A stretch of DNA of 60,550 nt, filler included, from Sphacelaria rigidula (lineage: Eukaryota), in the NCBI GenBank assembly GCA_964200075.2. It is 5 parts of 5 records of this genome, joined end to end, with 100 filler letters (N's around TTAATTAATTAA, not from the genome) between each part and the next. Parts side by side here need not be neighbours in the genome. Positions count along the whole stretch, not along the records: positions 12,132 to 24,162 come from CAXNAA020004211.1; 4 more parts are not named here. One strand, 5' to 3'. The position numbers and the translations under genes were made by a program. A model generated the notes under the pieces. The model was not told where the DNA came from, ran no database searches, and saw only the letters and a list, made by a program, of their open reading frames with translations. Shown here piece after piece: positions 12,824 through 24,262 of the stretch; the first letter of the stretch is position 1, and every line of letters starts with the position of its first letter.

Positions 12824-13644
12824 GGGCGTGTCTCAGTAGCTTTTTTTTTCGATCGAAAAACGAGCGATGGAATTGCGTCAAGTGAAAAAAAATCTCGTTT
12901 TGATGCAGTTGGGTCCGGATGGATTTTCAAACTTTCGATCGAAAAAATTTGTTGAAATTCGTGAAACGGGACATGGTCTATACTTTTTGCACTGCTTGCA
13001 CTGCTTGCAAGTAGGGTGTCTTGAGTGCGTGTGTGCGTGCTTCGTGCAGGAGAAGATGAAGGGGAAGCGGACAATGAGCAGTGGAGACAACCCAAGACTA
13101 TCAGTTCTCACTGCTTACAACGCGACTTGAAAATAATTTCAGCAACGCGTAGCTTTGTACTGCCTGCACTGCCCATGATGAGCGTGCACGCAACTCGGTC
13201 GCCCATCGTACCGCATGCAGTTCCGTCCCTGATGGCCACCATAAGAGAAGATGCGCAAGTTTTTGCCAAGAAAAAATAAAGAAAGCACTCCCCAACTACT
13301 TTCGTGTATCCATCCCTGTGCTCAACTCGTGCTCTATGCTGCAGGGTTGCGGTGGTAGCTGAGAATGAGTTGGATCGAGTTCGCATGGTCCTGTGAACGG
13401 GTGGGTGTTATTTGGCGTGGTGGTCTGTAAGATACGAGTCAAGTGCCACTTCGTGCCTTTCGACTGCATATTTTCGATCGAAAAAAATGTTTTTTCAACT
13501 CGTTGCATTCTTCCACGCGCGCCCCTAATTATAATTTTGAGTTGAAGCCTTCGAGGAACATAAATGCGGTGACCCTATCAGATAGGACAAAAAAAAATCG
13601 ATCAAACTTTTTCGATCGAAAAAAAAAGGTGCCAAGACACGCCC
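12824..13644. mobile_element. Non-autonomous PIF/Harbinger-like DNA element, 821 bp, TGA TSD
   Basis: TGA|GGGCGTGTCT...ttttcgatcgaaaa ... ttttcgatcgaaaa...AGACACGCCC|TGA. The imperfect TIR is about 45 bp, the 3-bp TSD is perfect, and TTCGATCGAA motifs recur internally. Confidence 0.8.
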
Positions 13645-15224
13645 TGAGAATGTGGTTTATCGGGCTAAATGAATGTCCTCCCCTGAGGGACAAATAATTC
13701 ACGCATCTGAAAGGCTATAGACATGAACGAGCAAGGAAGGCACAAAGGAGGCCGTCTTTCAATTCGTAGCGACCTACTGTGGCGATGAGTCGGCGGTACT
13801 GCGTGTGGAATCTGGTGGCAGCTACTATACTGTATAGTCTAGTCTCTTGTACAGCTTTCCAAATGAATCGTGTGCAATCATCTTGAGGATGTTCGTTCAT
13901 AAAAATCACCTACTAGGATATTAGGCACAAGCCGCTTGCCAAGATACGAACCGGGAAAACTACCCGGTTTCAACCACCACCACTCTACGAGTAATAATGA
14001 ACAGGACAGTGAACAGGCAATGGGTTGATAGAGGAACACGCCCGCCGGGTCTGAGCGGGATGCAAGTACGACAACGAAAAACAGGCAAAATAGCAAGCCC
14101 GCGAAATCTTCTTTGCACCTCTCGTTGTACCGTATGCGGGCTTGCAAGTCTCATCCGCATTCGTGGAGGGCGTAGATAAGGGAATAATCTCAAAAAGGGA
14201 GCTGTTACCGTGGTGGAATCATCGCTAGAGGCTATCTCTCGCACGTCGGCGTGCTTGATTCCTCCTGCTTCAACGCAAAAAGTCAGAATGTCGTCATCTC
14301 GAGGTGAACTTGATGTCTGTCGTTGATCATGGTTCTGGCTGTTGGCTGGGCAAGTAGAGCTGTATCCGCACTCACAAAAATTGCTACAGCAGGGAATTGC
14401 AGGCTCTTTTCCCCCCGTAGTTGCCCTAGTGCGGCTAGGATAGTCTAGCGTTGCAGCACAACTGTTCATATTTCTCGAAACGTAACATTGCTGTACTGAC
14501 TGGGCTGTCTGTACTGTTGTAGTTCGACCGTCTCCCCTCCGCGACGTGTGTGCGCTAGGAGAAGGGATGCAGATGACAGCTTGTTGAGCCGCAACATCGA
14601 AAAATGCAAGGAGATTAGGTTTCAGAGAGCCTGAAATTCGAACTGAATATACATTCAGTTGCTCGTCGTGGCTTGGTCTTGCCTCTAGCGCCCTTGTTCG
14701 GAATCAAGTGCCTGCAACACCCAAGTCTCCGTTTTTGCGAATAATTTCAATTTTTGCTATGACTTGAACCGTCTGAATGCTCTGGCATTCTGTTCCGAAA
14801 TTTCGTCCGCCGACAGTCCCGCGAGCTTTGAAGGGCGGTTTTTGTAGTTGTACACTACTGTAGACCAGAAGAACATGGATGCTTGAGATCATTCGTGTAG
14901 AAGAGGATCTTTGCAGCAGCGTTTTGCCATGATTGATCGAAAGAGTTCACCTTCTCTGCCCCCCTTGTATCATTGAGTTGTAGCCAACGTAGAGCTCGGT
15001 AGAGTCAGGTCGACGGCAACCCCGGCCACTCCCTCACAGCTCCGCACAGCTGTTGTCGAAATATTCAACGACAGACACCCGGATGCTACAGTATCACGGC
15101 ACAATCGGCGGCAGGAGAGATTTGTGAGGGAAACGAGCTCACCGCTGCGGTTCCACGCTCATTGATTGTTGGCGTTCGTGTCAACTTGTGCCCGTCCTAC
15201 CCGGTTGGCTGTAGGGAGTGGGCG

Positions 15225-15300
15225 GGATTGACTTTGATTGATTTGATTGTCGTACTTTAACTGACCCCCCAGGGGTCCAGCCGTGGTCTCATGATAGACG
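15225..15300 (-). mobile_element. Retroposon (SINE/LINE) 3' end with (CAAT)n-like tail
   Basis: The reverse complement acgtctatcatgagaccacggctggacccctggggggtcagttaaagtacgacaatcaaatcaatc matches the + strand copy at 28247-28318. Confidence 0.6.
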
Positions 15301-15488
15301 TACCCAAGAAAAACGAAACTCGAACACGCTCTAAGGCAAGGGCGGGAATTTTCCGCAAACCTCAGTCACGGCACACAAGAATCTAATCACCGCCGCACAC
15401 GCCGTCTAAAACATCTACACTCCGCACCAACTACTCGATGGCATTCAGCTGGTCAGCAACAAGTGTTTGTATTGACCAAAAACATGTA

Positions 15489-16187
15489 CCACTCTGTTCC
15501 GAAATATAAGGGATATTTGTAAAGGAGGCTCAATAAATCCCGCACTTTTTTTTTTGTAGCGGTTTTTGCGTCCTTCTCGGGGTCCTCCAGCGGGATTGGC
15601 AGAACCGTTTTATCTCGACATGACACCCAACATGTGTCCACAACAGCATCCGAAGCAGAGGCAATCAGAGCTGAAAAAGTAAAATCTCTGGGAAACTGTC
15701 TTCTTAAAGTCTGTTCACGACGTCCGTTGCTGGAGGTGCTGCTGGGAAGTTAAGCAGAAATAATTTGAACGAAAATGACAGACGCGCTTTGATGGACGAG
15801 CTCCTGGAGGGCAGCAACAGCGGCAAGCTGGCCCACGGCGACACCAAGCGAGTTTGGCAATAGTTTATTTGCTCGAGCAAGCAAGTTTCAGCCGTGTGGA
15901 AGCATTAAGAGGGGCAAAAGGACGCTGGTATCGCCGCTCCAAGCTCGCGCAATAAACGCGCTGGATATTCCTCAAAAATCAGCGTTTGATCACAATTTCC
16001 ACGAAAATATTGGCATTTTCCGCAAATAATGAAAAAAAACGGGGATCGGTTTAATCATCCGCTACCCCCAGGGGATGTATATGGACCACCCCCCCTAACT
16101 TTTGCATCGTTTTGAGGGTGTTTTTACGTCGCACACACGATCTAGGGGCAGAATCGTACAAATCCATCACATTTCGGAACAGAGTGA
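15489..16187 (+). mobile_element. Internally deleted Tc1/mariner (Stowaway-like TIR) element retaining an N-terminal transposase remnant
   Basis: TA|CCACTCTGTTCCGAAAT ... ATTTCGGAACAGAGTGA|TA. Positions 15760-15960 encode a stop-interrupted NLNENDRRALMDELLEGSNSGKLAHGDTKRV...F..SSKQVSAVWK, which resembles the HTH N-terminus of plant/stramenopile mariner transposases. Confidence 0.75.
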
Positions 16188-18244
16188 TATTACTTACAGC
16201 GGCGATAGTTTTTACGGCTATCCTAGAACGCCAAAGCGTTGCTGACCGTGGCTCGTGCACGAATCATCATGGAATGTATATATGCATGGTGATGCCCTCT
16301 TCTATGTAAGCGCACTTTCTCCAACAAAAACATCTGCTCCTAACCCCTTCCAAGAAGCTGTCCTTTTGACTTCTTACTGGAGGCCCGGATGTTCGAGGAG
16401 TTGACCCTTTCGGCTCTCGCGGCCTTCTGTTCGAAGAATACCACCTCTGACAGCCCCGGTATTTTGGGGGGGATAACAGGGGTGTGTCCGTTCATAGTCG
16501 CTTGTAGGCCTGGTGGACACTAAAATTAACTTTGATCCTGGAGTGTTGACCACTATTATTCAGTATCCTGATGTAATTGAGCAGGCTGGACGGCGAGACA
16601 TCCTCTTCCCTATATGCTCATGTTCAACACTCAAAGGCCGACCGAAATCGTCCTCCCTTGACCGCCAACTCCAAACCCCATGAGCTCCCGCTTCGGCAGC
16701 AGGGGCTTGTGAGGGGACAAGCTTACCGCTTCAGTTCCATGCGTGGTGCTTTAGTGTGAAATTCAGTGCTCCTCCCGCTCCGTTGAGTGGGGGATTTAGG
16801 GGAGGGTGAATGGGGTGAAGTGAAGTCCGTAAAACTCAGATGCAGAACCAAACACCACTCAATCACCCACGCCCTCGTCTACACCCCAACCGAATGCCCC
16901 TACACCGTTTAGCTGTTCGGCAACGAGTGTGTGTTAACTGCATATGTCTTTTACTATTGTGATTGCACCCGTTCCCCTTGTAAAAACATGCAAACCACCA
17001 CGTAACTTCACGCACCCGCGAAAGTAGCAGTCTGATATAGTGTAGTTCCCCGGGGTTTCTAATGATAGTATGGCCCTTACTTGTGGCAGTGCAAAAGCTG
17101 AGACGCTGACCTCCATGCAGTCGCAGAGCTGACCACCAGTAGATGTTTTTATAGCTGTCTTCAGTGCCTCTCCAATCTGCCCCTACCCTTCAATGCGGGG
17201 CTTGTGTTGACAACTGATGTGTTTTCAATGCGAGGTATGTTTTCCTTGAGCAGGAAAACCTACTTGCTTTTACGTGCACAGGCCATGTGTGCCAATATCT
17301 CCAATATTTTCGGAACAAAGAAACACTCACCTCGGGGCTCATCTGATCGATTTCAAATTTGTGCCGACAGCTGAGCTGATATGTGTGCATTTACAGACCT
17401 GAGCTGATGCACGAGGTATATGTGCACAGCTGAGCAGAGAATGTGGGAATCCGTGTTCATGGTTTGGTACAGTTAATAATTCCCTTTCTGTTGCGTCTCA
17501 CTTGATACGAACCTCTCGTGTGTTATGCCCATCTTGTGGCCACAACCCACCGCCCTCCTATGTCTACGCGCCGGCCGTACCACCACGCGTTCTGCCCGAA
17601 CTATTCACCCTGAACCCCTTCAACAATACCCCGCCCAAATCAAGGCAAATAGTGGGAGGATATTGTGTTGCATGGCGGTGTCGTGTCTGAACCCCTCCCT
17701 CTTTCTCGACACGCAACACGTTCCCCGCGTCAATCGTACTCCTAGATATACATTGGTCAAGCCCCCGTCTGCGGCTGACATATCGCCCGCCTGATTACAC
17801 GAATCACTCTTGTGAACGCCTGCCACTCGTCTGTTGTATCATCACCTTTTGCCGAATTCGTGTGGAGCGCCTAAACCCCCGTCAAAATGCTTTGTTTGCC
17901 TCGCCCACTTCTTCGTCGTCGCTTGTGTGTGTCTGTTGTGTTGTATAATAGACGTTGGTATTCTTCACATGTTTTGTTGCGTCTTCCACATCAAATCCCG
18001 AGTACATCTCAACCGAGTATTCATCGACCTTGGTTGCTGTGGGCCCATGTACGCATCGCGTATGTGTGTGTGCGTTGCACAGGCAAACCGCGTCCGAAGG
18101 CGTACCTATCGATCGGGGAATACCTTCGCAAGGCCGGTGCGTTCAAGACTGTCAATGTGTGAGTTCTTGTCACAATCAGATTCATTTCCCCCCCATCGGC
18201 ATAGTGTTTCTCGTCTGGTGTCTCACCAATCCCTCCTTTTTGCA

Positions 18245-18378
18245 CACCCTGGACAAAAGATTATATTGTAGAAAAATATACTGCGTACTGTATGGAATCT
18301 ATTGCCTGTTGCAGTAGGCGCAATAGTCGATACTGTACGCAGTACACTTTTTGACCGTGTACTCTTTTGTCCAGGGTA
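18245..18378. mobile_element. Short fold-back MITE (~134 bp)
   Basis: caccctggacaaaaga...tactgcgtac / gtacgcagta...tcttttgtccagggta form a near full-length hairpin. Confidence 0.6.
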
Positions 18379-19180
18379 TGCCTTTTTGTGAAGTCGTTGC
18401 TCCTAGTGTGCATGTTGACGATGTTTGCCGAATTACCTCTCATCTCATCTTCTTTACCTTGCAGCGTTTCCTTTTTGTGTGACGTTGAAAAACCGGCAAT
18501 ATTTTTTGTGAATCCTGGTTGATGGATTTTCTACCACTGCTGATGTTGCTGTCGTGACTGCTACTGCTGTTGCCTATTTTCGCTGCTATATAGTAAGCTG
18601 TTTTCATTCAGGCCGTGTTGTCAATGTCAGATCATCATCGTTCGATATTCTCGCGTGCGTGATTTTGCGAGCGTATGCTTTGCCAATAGTATGTGGCGCA
18701 CCTAGCCGTTTTACTACGATATCGGCGGCACATACCCGAGCGTTCGCCGTCGTGCCACTCGACACGGATTGTATTGGTGGGGCAAATCTCGGAAGATACA
18801 CACGTCTGAATCTTTTGAGGTTGTCATAATTGTATGTACTCATACGGGGTTGCTGTGCCAGGGGGAGGGGCACTTGCCCGTGGTGGGAAAAATATTCGAC
18901 GAGTAGGTCACAGTGGGTAGGTGGAGAACCAGGCAACTTTCCAAGGCGTGAAATAATACAGTCTTGGACATGACCTGAGTCATTCCAATAGAGGATCAGA
19001 GCAGACAATCTACCGTGTGTTCTTCACAAGATCCGTTCTATTTACACATTTGAATGGGAAGATGCTTGAAGCTTGAGGAGAATAATGGGGCGTTTTCCTA
19101 ACCCCAGAATCATAATATCGGGTCCGCAGTGTCTGATAATGTATCGCGCTTTTGTATGCCATGCGTCTCATGGGTTGCAG

Positions 19181-19286
19181 GTACTACAACGATATAATTA
19201 GCACACACCCAAGCGTTGACTTGAGCGACAACGGCGACGATGAGGCTGTGGACGAGGTAGCACAAGGAATGATCGACGCCGCGCAG
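19181..19286 (+). CDS. Ankyrin-repeat protein, internal exon A (YYNDIISTHPSVDLSDNGDDEAVDEVAQGMIDAAQ)
   Basis: ttgcag| acceptor and |gtcagc donor. It joins exon B to give MIDAAQHGHVETLRFL, which fits the ankyrin consensus. Confidence 0.7.
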
Positions 19287-19665
19287 GTCAGCCACTTTTG
19301 CGGTTATGATGAGGTTTATTTGGAGAGGTTCTGCATGGTTTAGCGACGGAGGTAGGGTGCAGTACCCCGACGAAACCTACATTCGTGAAGTATTCACGGT
19401 ATCGAGTATCCCTCGGAGGTATTCATGGATTAATCCTCGCAGTACTAAGAAACGCCGAATGCCTGGAATGTCGGCTTGTCCACAGCACTGACTGCCCCGA
19501 GGTACCTGGAGTGCTCACCTCCCGAAGTACCCTATCCGGTGCTAGGAGTACTGCGTTTGCCACAGCACTGAGCTGTATGGAGTCCCCCTAATTAATTGCA
19601 AAGTGTTCCAGAGGACCTCAAATATGGGCACCAAAGAACATGTTCACCGCCTTGTCACTGTTTAA

Positions 19666-19785
19666 CCCTTTGGGAACCCATTGACGCTTTTTTGTTTTTG
19701 TAAATCGGCATCATTTTGACTTGAAAATGACTGAAAATAATGCCGAGCCCAAAAAAACAAAAAGCGTCGATGGTTTCCGAGAGGG
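19666..19785. mobile_element. piggyBac-like palindromic MITE (TTAA|CCC...GGG|TTTA), intronic
   Basis: Hairpin with CCC/GGG termini. Same family as 29450-29556. Confidence 0.7.
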
Positions 19786-19921
19786 TTTAGATTCACACGC
19801 ATCTAATCGGATGACATGCAACACATTACGCTAACTTGTGTTTACAGTCTCTTTGAAGTTTGTTGAGCAGAAGCGAATTGGGTTGTTACTCTTGATGTAC
19901 GGGTACATAACCACGCCGCAG

Positions 19922-20051
19922 CATGGGCACGTTGAGACCTTGCGCTTTCTAGCGGCCAAGGCGCAGACGGGCGGAGAGGAAGGCGGACTGGGCACCTGCA
20001 TTGGCGAGCGCACGGCATCGCTCATGCTGCATTTAGCTGCAGAACATGGAC
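19922..20051 (+). CDS. Ankyrin-repeat protein, exon B (HGHVETLRFLAAKAQ...LMLHLAAEHG)
   Basis: ccgcag| acceptor and |gtgagt donor, 130 bp, ends in phase 1, contains ankyrin motifs. Confidence 0.8.
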
Positions 20052-20295
20052 GTGAGTTGGGGGCAGGGCAGCAGTAAGGGGTAGGGGCCGAGTCGATGAA
20101 TGGGTATACGGGTTGGGGATGCGATGTGGATGCTGTAGGTACATGTGGAGCACAAGCTGCACTGAGGATACGCATACTCTGATATAAGACAACATGCAAA
20201 AGTGGTTGTGGTCAGCTTTTTCAAATTATTCGTGAGTGGTGCTGGACTGCGGGTCATCACGGCTTTTTTTAAAACACGCCTGGAGGGAGGGTGCG

Positions 20296-20745
20296 TACTC
20301 ATTTGTTGCCCACCTCAGTCATTTGACCATCGGCTATGCATCCCTTCGAGAAGGAGCACCGCTCGTACTTCTAATAGAGACTTATACAACATTGGGGTCC
20401 TATTTACGTTTCTTCTATACATTACACATAAACCTTTTACATATCTTATTTCCTTCCTGTTTCGCTGTCTGCGGCCACCATCCATTTCCCAGTTGAACCA
20501 TCGTTTTCTCGCTGCTGTCTGATTTACTAAACGATCTCATGCCACCTTCGTTTGCTCCCCACACTTTCCCTCCAACACTTCCCGTTCCTCATCGTATAGT
20601 TCACATTCTACCACTGTACGAGTTTTATTCTCCACTGCTTTGCCATAGGGGCAGTTCTATGCATCTACTCCCTTCTCCCCTCGACTACTGGTAGACCTCC
20701 TTTTTTCTGGCAGATCCAAGCACCTGGGGGATTGCATTTGCTGTT
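20296..20745 (-). mobile_element. 5'-truncated degenerate LINE 3' end (ORF2 C-terminus with CCHC knuckle remnant), intronic
   Basis: The minus strand reads (with stops and frameshifts) LDLPE.RR.TSSR..VDA*NCPYGKAVENKTRTVVECELYDEEREVLEG...SIRSTSGAPSR, and ends in aacaaatgagta like the other copies. Confidence 0.75.
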
Positions 20746-21523
20746 GCCGCTGCTACTATCGTACACAATAGGCAGCATTATATAAGGGGACAACTGTGGC
20801 ACTATCCGCGATTCTCCAGGGCATGAGTCTGAGACCACTCTTGATGAAAACAGTAGGGTATTGTGAAGAAAACGCCTATTTTGGCCCTTCGACAGAATTC
20901 CCGCGTCAAAAGGAGGCCAGGAGAATTTTGTCATCTTGGAATGATGTGTTTTATATCTATAGTATGAGGGACGCCCGGCACATGTTGACAACCTTTGGTG
21001 CGCCCAGCTTGGCTGGGGCTGAAAATAGGCCGTGCAAACTTCCATATTTCAGAGTGCCACCCGCAAAAAGGACCGCTTTCGAGAATCAGAAGGTTTTTTG
21101 CCGACCTGAGGTGTAAATGCGCGCACAAACTATTACAAGTTCCCCGGAAACCTCGTGAAGAGTAAAACAAGTCATCCAAGGTGGCATATCCGTCTGATGT
21201 CCTTCACGCGAAAATAATCGAAATAAGCACCGTTGTACAAAATACTCTCGGTTTTCCATCAGAAGTGGTCTTGACACAATGACCGCGCAGCGTGATGAAG
21301 ACGACGTCAGTTTATGTTTTACTTGCACGCCTTGGCGTTTGTCTGTTGAACACAAGTCCTCGTTCTCACAGCGATCTCTATATTTTCTCTCGCCATAGCG
21401 ATCGCCCATGTTGAATCCCCGAGGGGTGAACTTGGTGTTGAGAGAGAGACTGACCACACTAATAAACGTTGACATATTCTATAAGTGCATGCACAGATGA
21501 ACCGAACTTCACTTTCATGTGTT

Positions 21524-21780
21524 GACACTTTCTACGATAGCACCCCCCCCAAAAAAAAACCCGGCCCAACATTGTCACGAAGAAATGGTCAAACAGCGCC
21601 TTATGTTTGGTTTTAGGCTGCATGAAGCGCCTCATATGGGCGACATTGGCGAAACCGATCCCAAGCGTGGGAATTCCCAGCTGCTCGTTGTTATCGTTTT
21701 TTTTTGCATTTCAATTGATGTGTAGGTTTAGCCTTCCCAAACCAGCCACTTCTTGAGAGGGGGCTATCGTAGAAAGTGTC
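21524..21780. mobile_element. MITE, GAC-terminus family, 257 bp, TGTT 4-bp TSD
   Basis: tgtt|GACACTTTCTACGATAGC ... GCTATCGTAGAAAGTGTC|tgtt: perfect 18-bp TIR and perfect TSD. Confidence 0.9.
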
Positions 21781-22064
21781 TGTTTTTATTCCCACCACTC
21801 TGCTCAACGTTTTCTTGCCTTCCGACGGAAGCAACCGACGCCAAGGCATACGTCCTGTTTCAAGGGTTCTTGGATGAATTCTGAGGTGGACCGTATTGTC
21901 ATCCACATCGGTTTCGTGCCGATAATAGCAAGCAGTGCACCTCGCATCACGCGTTGTCCCAGTCATCTTTTCCCCGTAGTTCTCCTGAGTCTAGGTTTCA
22001 TCGCTGCGCTCATTTCTGTTTGTTCTTTGCTCTTTTTCTACGATTATTTGTGTTACCGGAGCAG

Positions 22065-22159
22065 ACGATGCCGTGGTTCACTATCTGGTGGAGGACCTTT
22101 GGGTAGACGTGGATGCTGCGACGGTACGAGGAATGACGGCGCTGCACTATGGCGCGAAG
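22065..22159 (+). CDS. Ankyrin-repeat protein, exon C (HDAVVHYLVEDLWVDVDAATVRGMTALHYGAK)
   Basis: gagcag| acceptor in phase 1 completes the His codon, |gtatat donor. A full ankyrin repeat spans the junctions. Confidence 0.85.
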
Positions 22160-22433
22160 GTATATTAAGTAGACACCTCTGCGAATCGGAGCAAAGCAAT
22201 CCTGATGTTTGTGAATCTCTGACATGCATCCGCATAGCTCACTCTCCTCTGTCATTCAAGCGATACGCGTACGCCGTGTTGTGTTGGGCTGTCATGTGAA
22301 GCATCGCGTGTGCATTAACAACCGCGTAGACACACGCATGATGGATGAAGTGCCACCTTGTCCTGACAACTGAATACGCAATCAGAAACATCTTGTCTCT
22401 TTTCCACGTGTGTCCCCTGCACACGATGCGCAG

Positions 22434-22538
22434 GCGAACCGCACGGCGGTTGTTCGAGAGCTGGCAAGACTAGGTGCCGACCTGGAAGCGCGTAACGACT
22501 CTGGACAAGTACCAGCCGCGATGACCAAAGACAGACTT
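22434..22538 (+). CDS. Ankyrin-repeat protein, exon D (ANRTAVVRELARLGADLEARNDSGQVPAAMTKDRL)
   Basis: gcgcag| acceptor and |gtgagt donor, 105 bp, phase 0/0. Contains the ankyrin linker GADLEARNDSG. Confidence 0.85.
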
Positions 22539-23410
22539 GTGAGTACATTGCCTTGTCCTTGTTTTTCGTCTGAAATACATGTATAATTTAGGGGAATGTA
22601 CTACGCAGTCAAGTAGTATACGTTTCCGGAATCGAGTGGCAGTTGAGACAATGAAAAACTTGCAATAATATTTTTTGGCTACTCGTCATAAACGAATGAA
22701 TAGTTAATTTTTCCTTCGTGAAGATTCTGAAGTTCTAAAGTTACATTGTTTGGAATGTCCATTCATTCTCTTGAAAAATGGGGCACGATACACACAGGAC
22801 ATTAATAAGTCATGGAGTTTTCGAATTCGGACATGGTGTGATCCTTTTTTTTCTGTTCGCTCGCAGACGACTGGGCAATTCACTGGCTTCCCCAGGATCA
22901 CCGAGGCATACATGCAGACGATTTAAAGAAAAGAAAAGACGACGGCTTTATGCCCTTGTACCGAGTAGCCACCACGTGCAGTGATCGCGGTGTGCTCTAT
23001 CTTCCTAGCCTTTTCCAAGGGGATGTACCGTAAATTGAAATGATCGTTACTGTATCGAGTTTTCTCTCCTTGGAGACGTACATTACGCATGGGCATGTAC
23101 TGGACATGACCGTTCATAATTCTGATCTATAGTAGTGAAATTCGACGTGGGAGGGCAAGACGCACGGAACATGAGATAACCCTCTGTGGTCGCAGAGCGT
23201 CGAAATGCGTCACGTCGACGAGGAGGTGGAACTGCTTTCTCGTTTCCTTGGTTGACTTCGGCAGCAGCCTGGGGCACCCCGGACATCGGCTTCGAAACCC
23301 ATGACCTTTTTGAGACTTGCACCCAGTGTGTGTTTTCGGTGCATTGGACTATCCGTCGGTATTCTTTGACACCCTCACACAACCACGCACGCTTTCCTCG
23401 CATCGCAGCT

Positions 23411-23675
23411 GACTCCTGCCGAGATAGCCCCCCCCCCCCCCCTCCCCGCCCCGGCCAAAAAGTGCACGGAGGCGCTGATTTTGAATGCTGTTAGAGCTGA
23501 TTTCGTGATGCACGACGCCACTTATTTGGGCTTTATAGCTGATTTCGGACTGCTACACGCCTCTCATGTGGGCGAAAGTGCTGCAAACAAGCCCAATAGT
23601 GGGCTCGCAGCCGGTTTTTCGGACGGTTTCCCGTGCACTTTTTGTGTGGGGGGGGGAACTACCTCGTCATCAGTC
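23411..23675. mobile_element. MITE, GAC-terminus family, 265 bp, AGCT 4-bp TSD
   Basis: agct|GACTCCTGCCGAGATAGCCCC ... GGGGAACTACCTCGTCATCAGTC|agct. The body is the reverse complement of the copy at 58279-58527. Confidence 0.85.
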
Positions 23676-23922
23676 AGCTCTAGCTCCATCTTCTTCCCGA
23701 GCACTTCCCCTCATCGCTTGACGGGTCCTGTCTACTGCAGCACGATGTAATTGATCGAAACCTGACCTCGAAAACATACGTTGACGCGTGGGAGTCGTCA
23801 TACGTACCGTTGAAATTTATTCGAAGTGTACTTCAACTTTTACTGCAGCTGACTGCTCATCAGCGCATTCACGCACGGCGACACTTGGTGTGTTTGTGCG
23901 TGTTTTTTGTGTATACGCGCAG

Positions 23923-24096
23923 TTGCGGCGGTTGTTTCAGCAATATCTGGGCGGAGGAGCGTGGACTAGCGCGCCGATGATAGATCGCTTTGTGCCCTCA
24001 TCGGCGAGCAGGGTGGTGGATTACGTGGCGGTGATGACAGTAAAGCTCGCGCCGCAGCTTCAGGCACACTCTGATCAGCTGTCGGACGTACGACAG
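23923..24096 (+). CDS. Ankyrin-repeat protein, probable exon E (LRRLFQQYL...RVVDYVAVM...DVRQ); gene continues beyond segment end
   Basis: gcgcag| acceptor and |gtgcgt donor, 174 bp, phase 0/0, in frame with exon D. Confidence 0.65.
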
Positions 24097-24162
24097 GTGC
24101 GTGTTAGGGGGGGGGGGGGGGGTACTCATGATCATGCATGCCATAGTCAAGAGACCATTGAC

Positions 24163-24262
24163 NNNNNNNNNNNNNNNNNNNNNNNNNNNNNNNNNNNNNN
24201 NNNNNNTTAATTAATTAANNNNNNNNNNNNNNNNNNNNNNNNNNNNNNNNNNNNNNNNNNNN
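24163..24262. other. Synthetic spacer (segment junction 2)
   Basis: N44-TTAATTAATTAA-N44. Confidence 0.97.

Noticed and set aside
13878-14892. Minus-strand ORFs of 169, 89 and 62 aa
   Set aside because: No recognisable domain and interrupted frames. Probably decayed repeat sequence.
17400-19100. Possible endogenous viral or transposon coding remnant
   Set aside because: Fragmented frames with no NCLDV or transposase motif that I can recognise.
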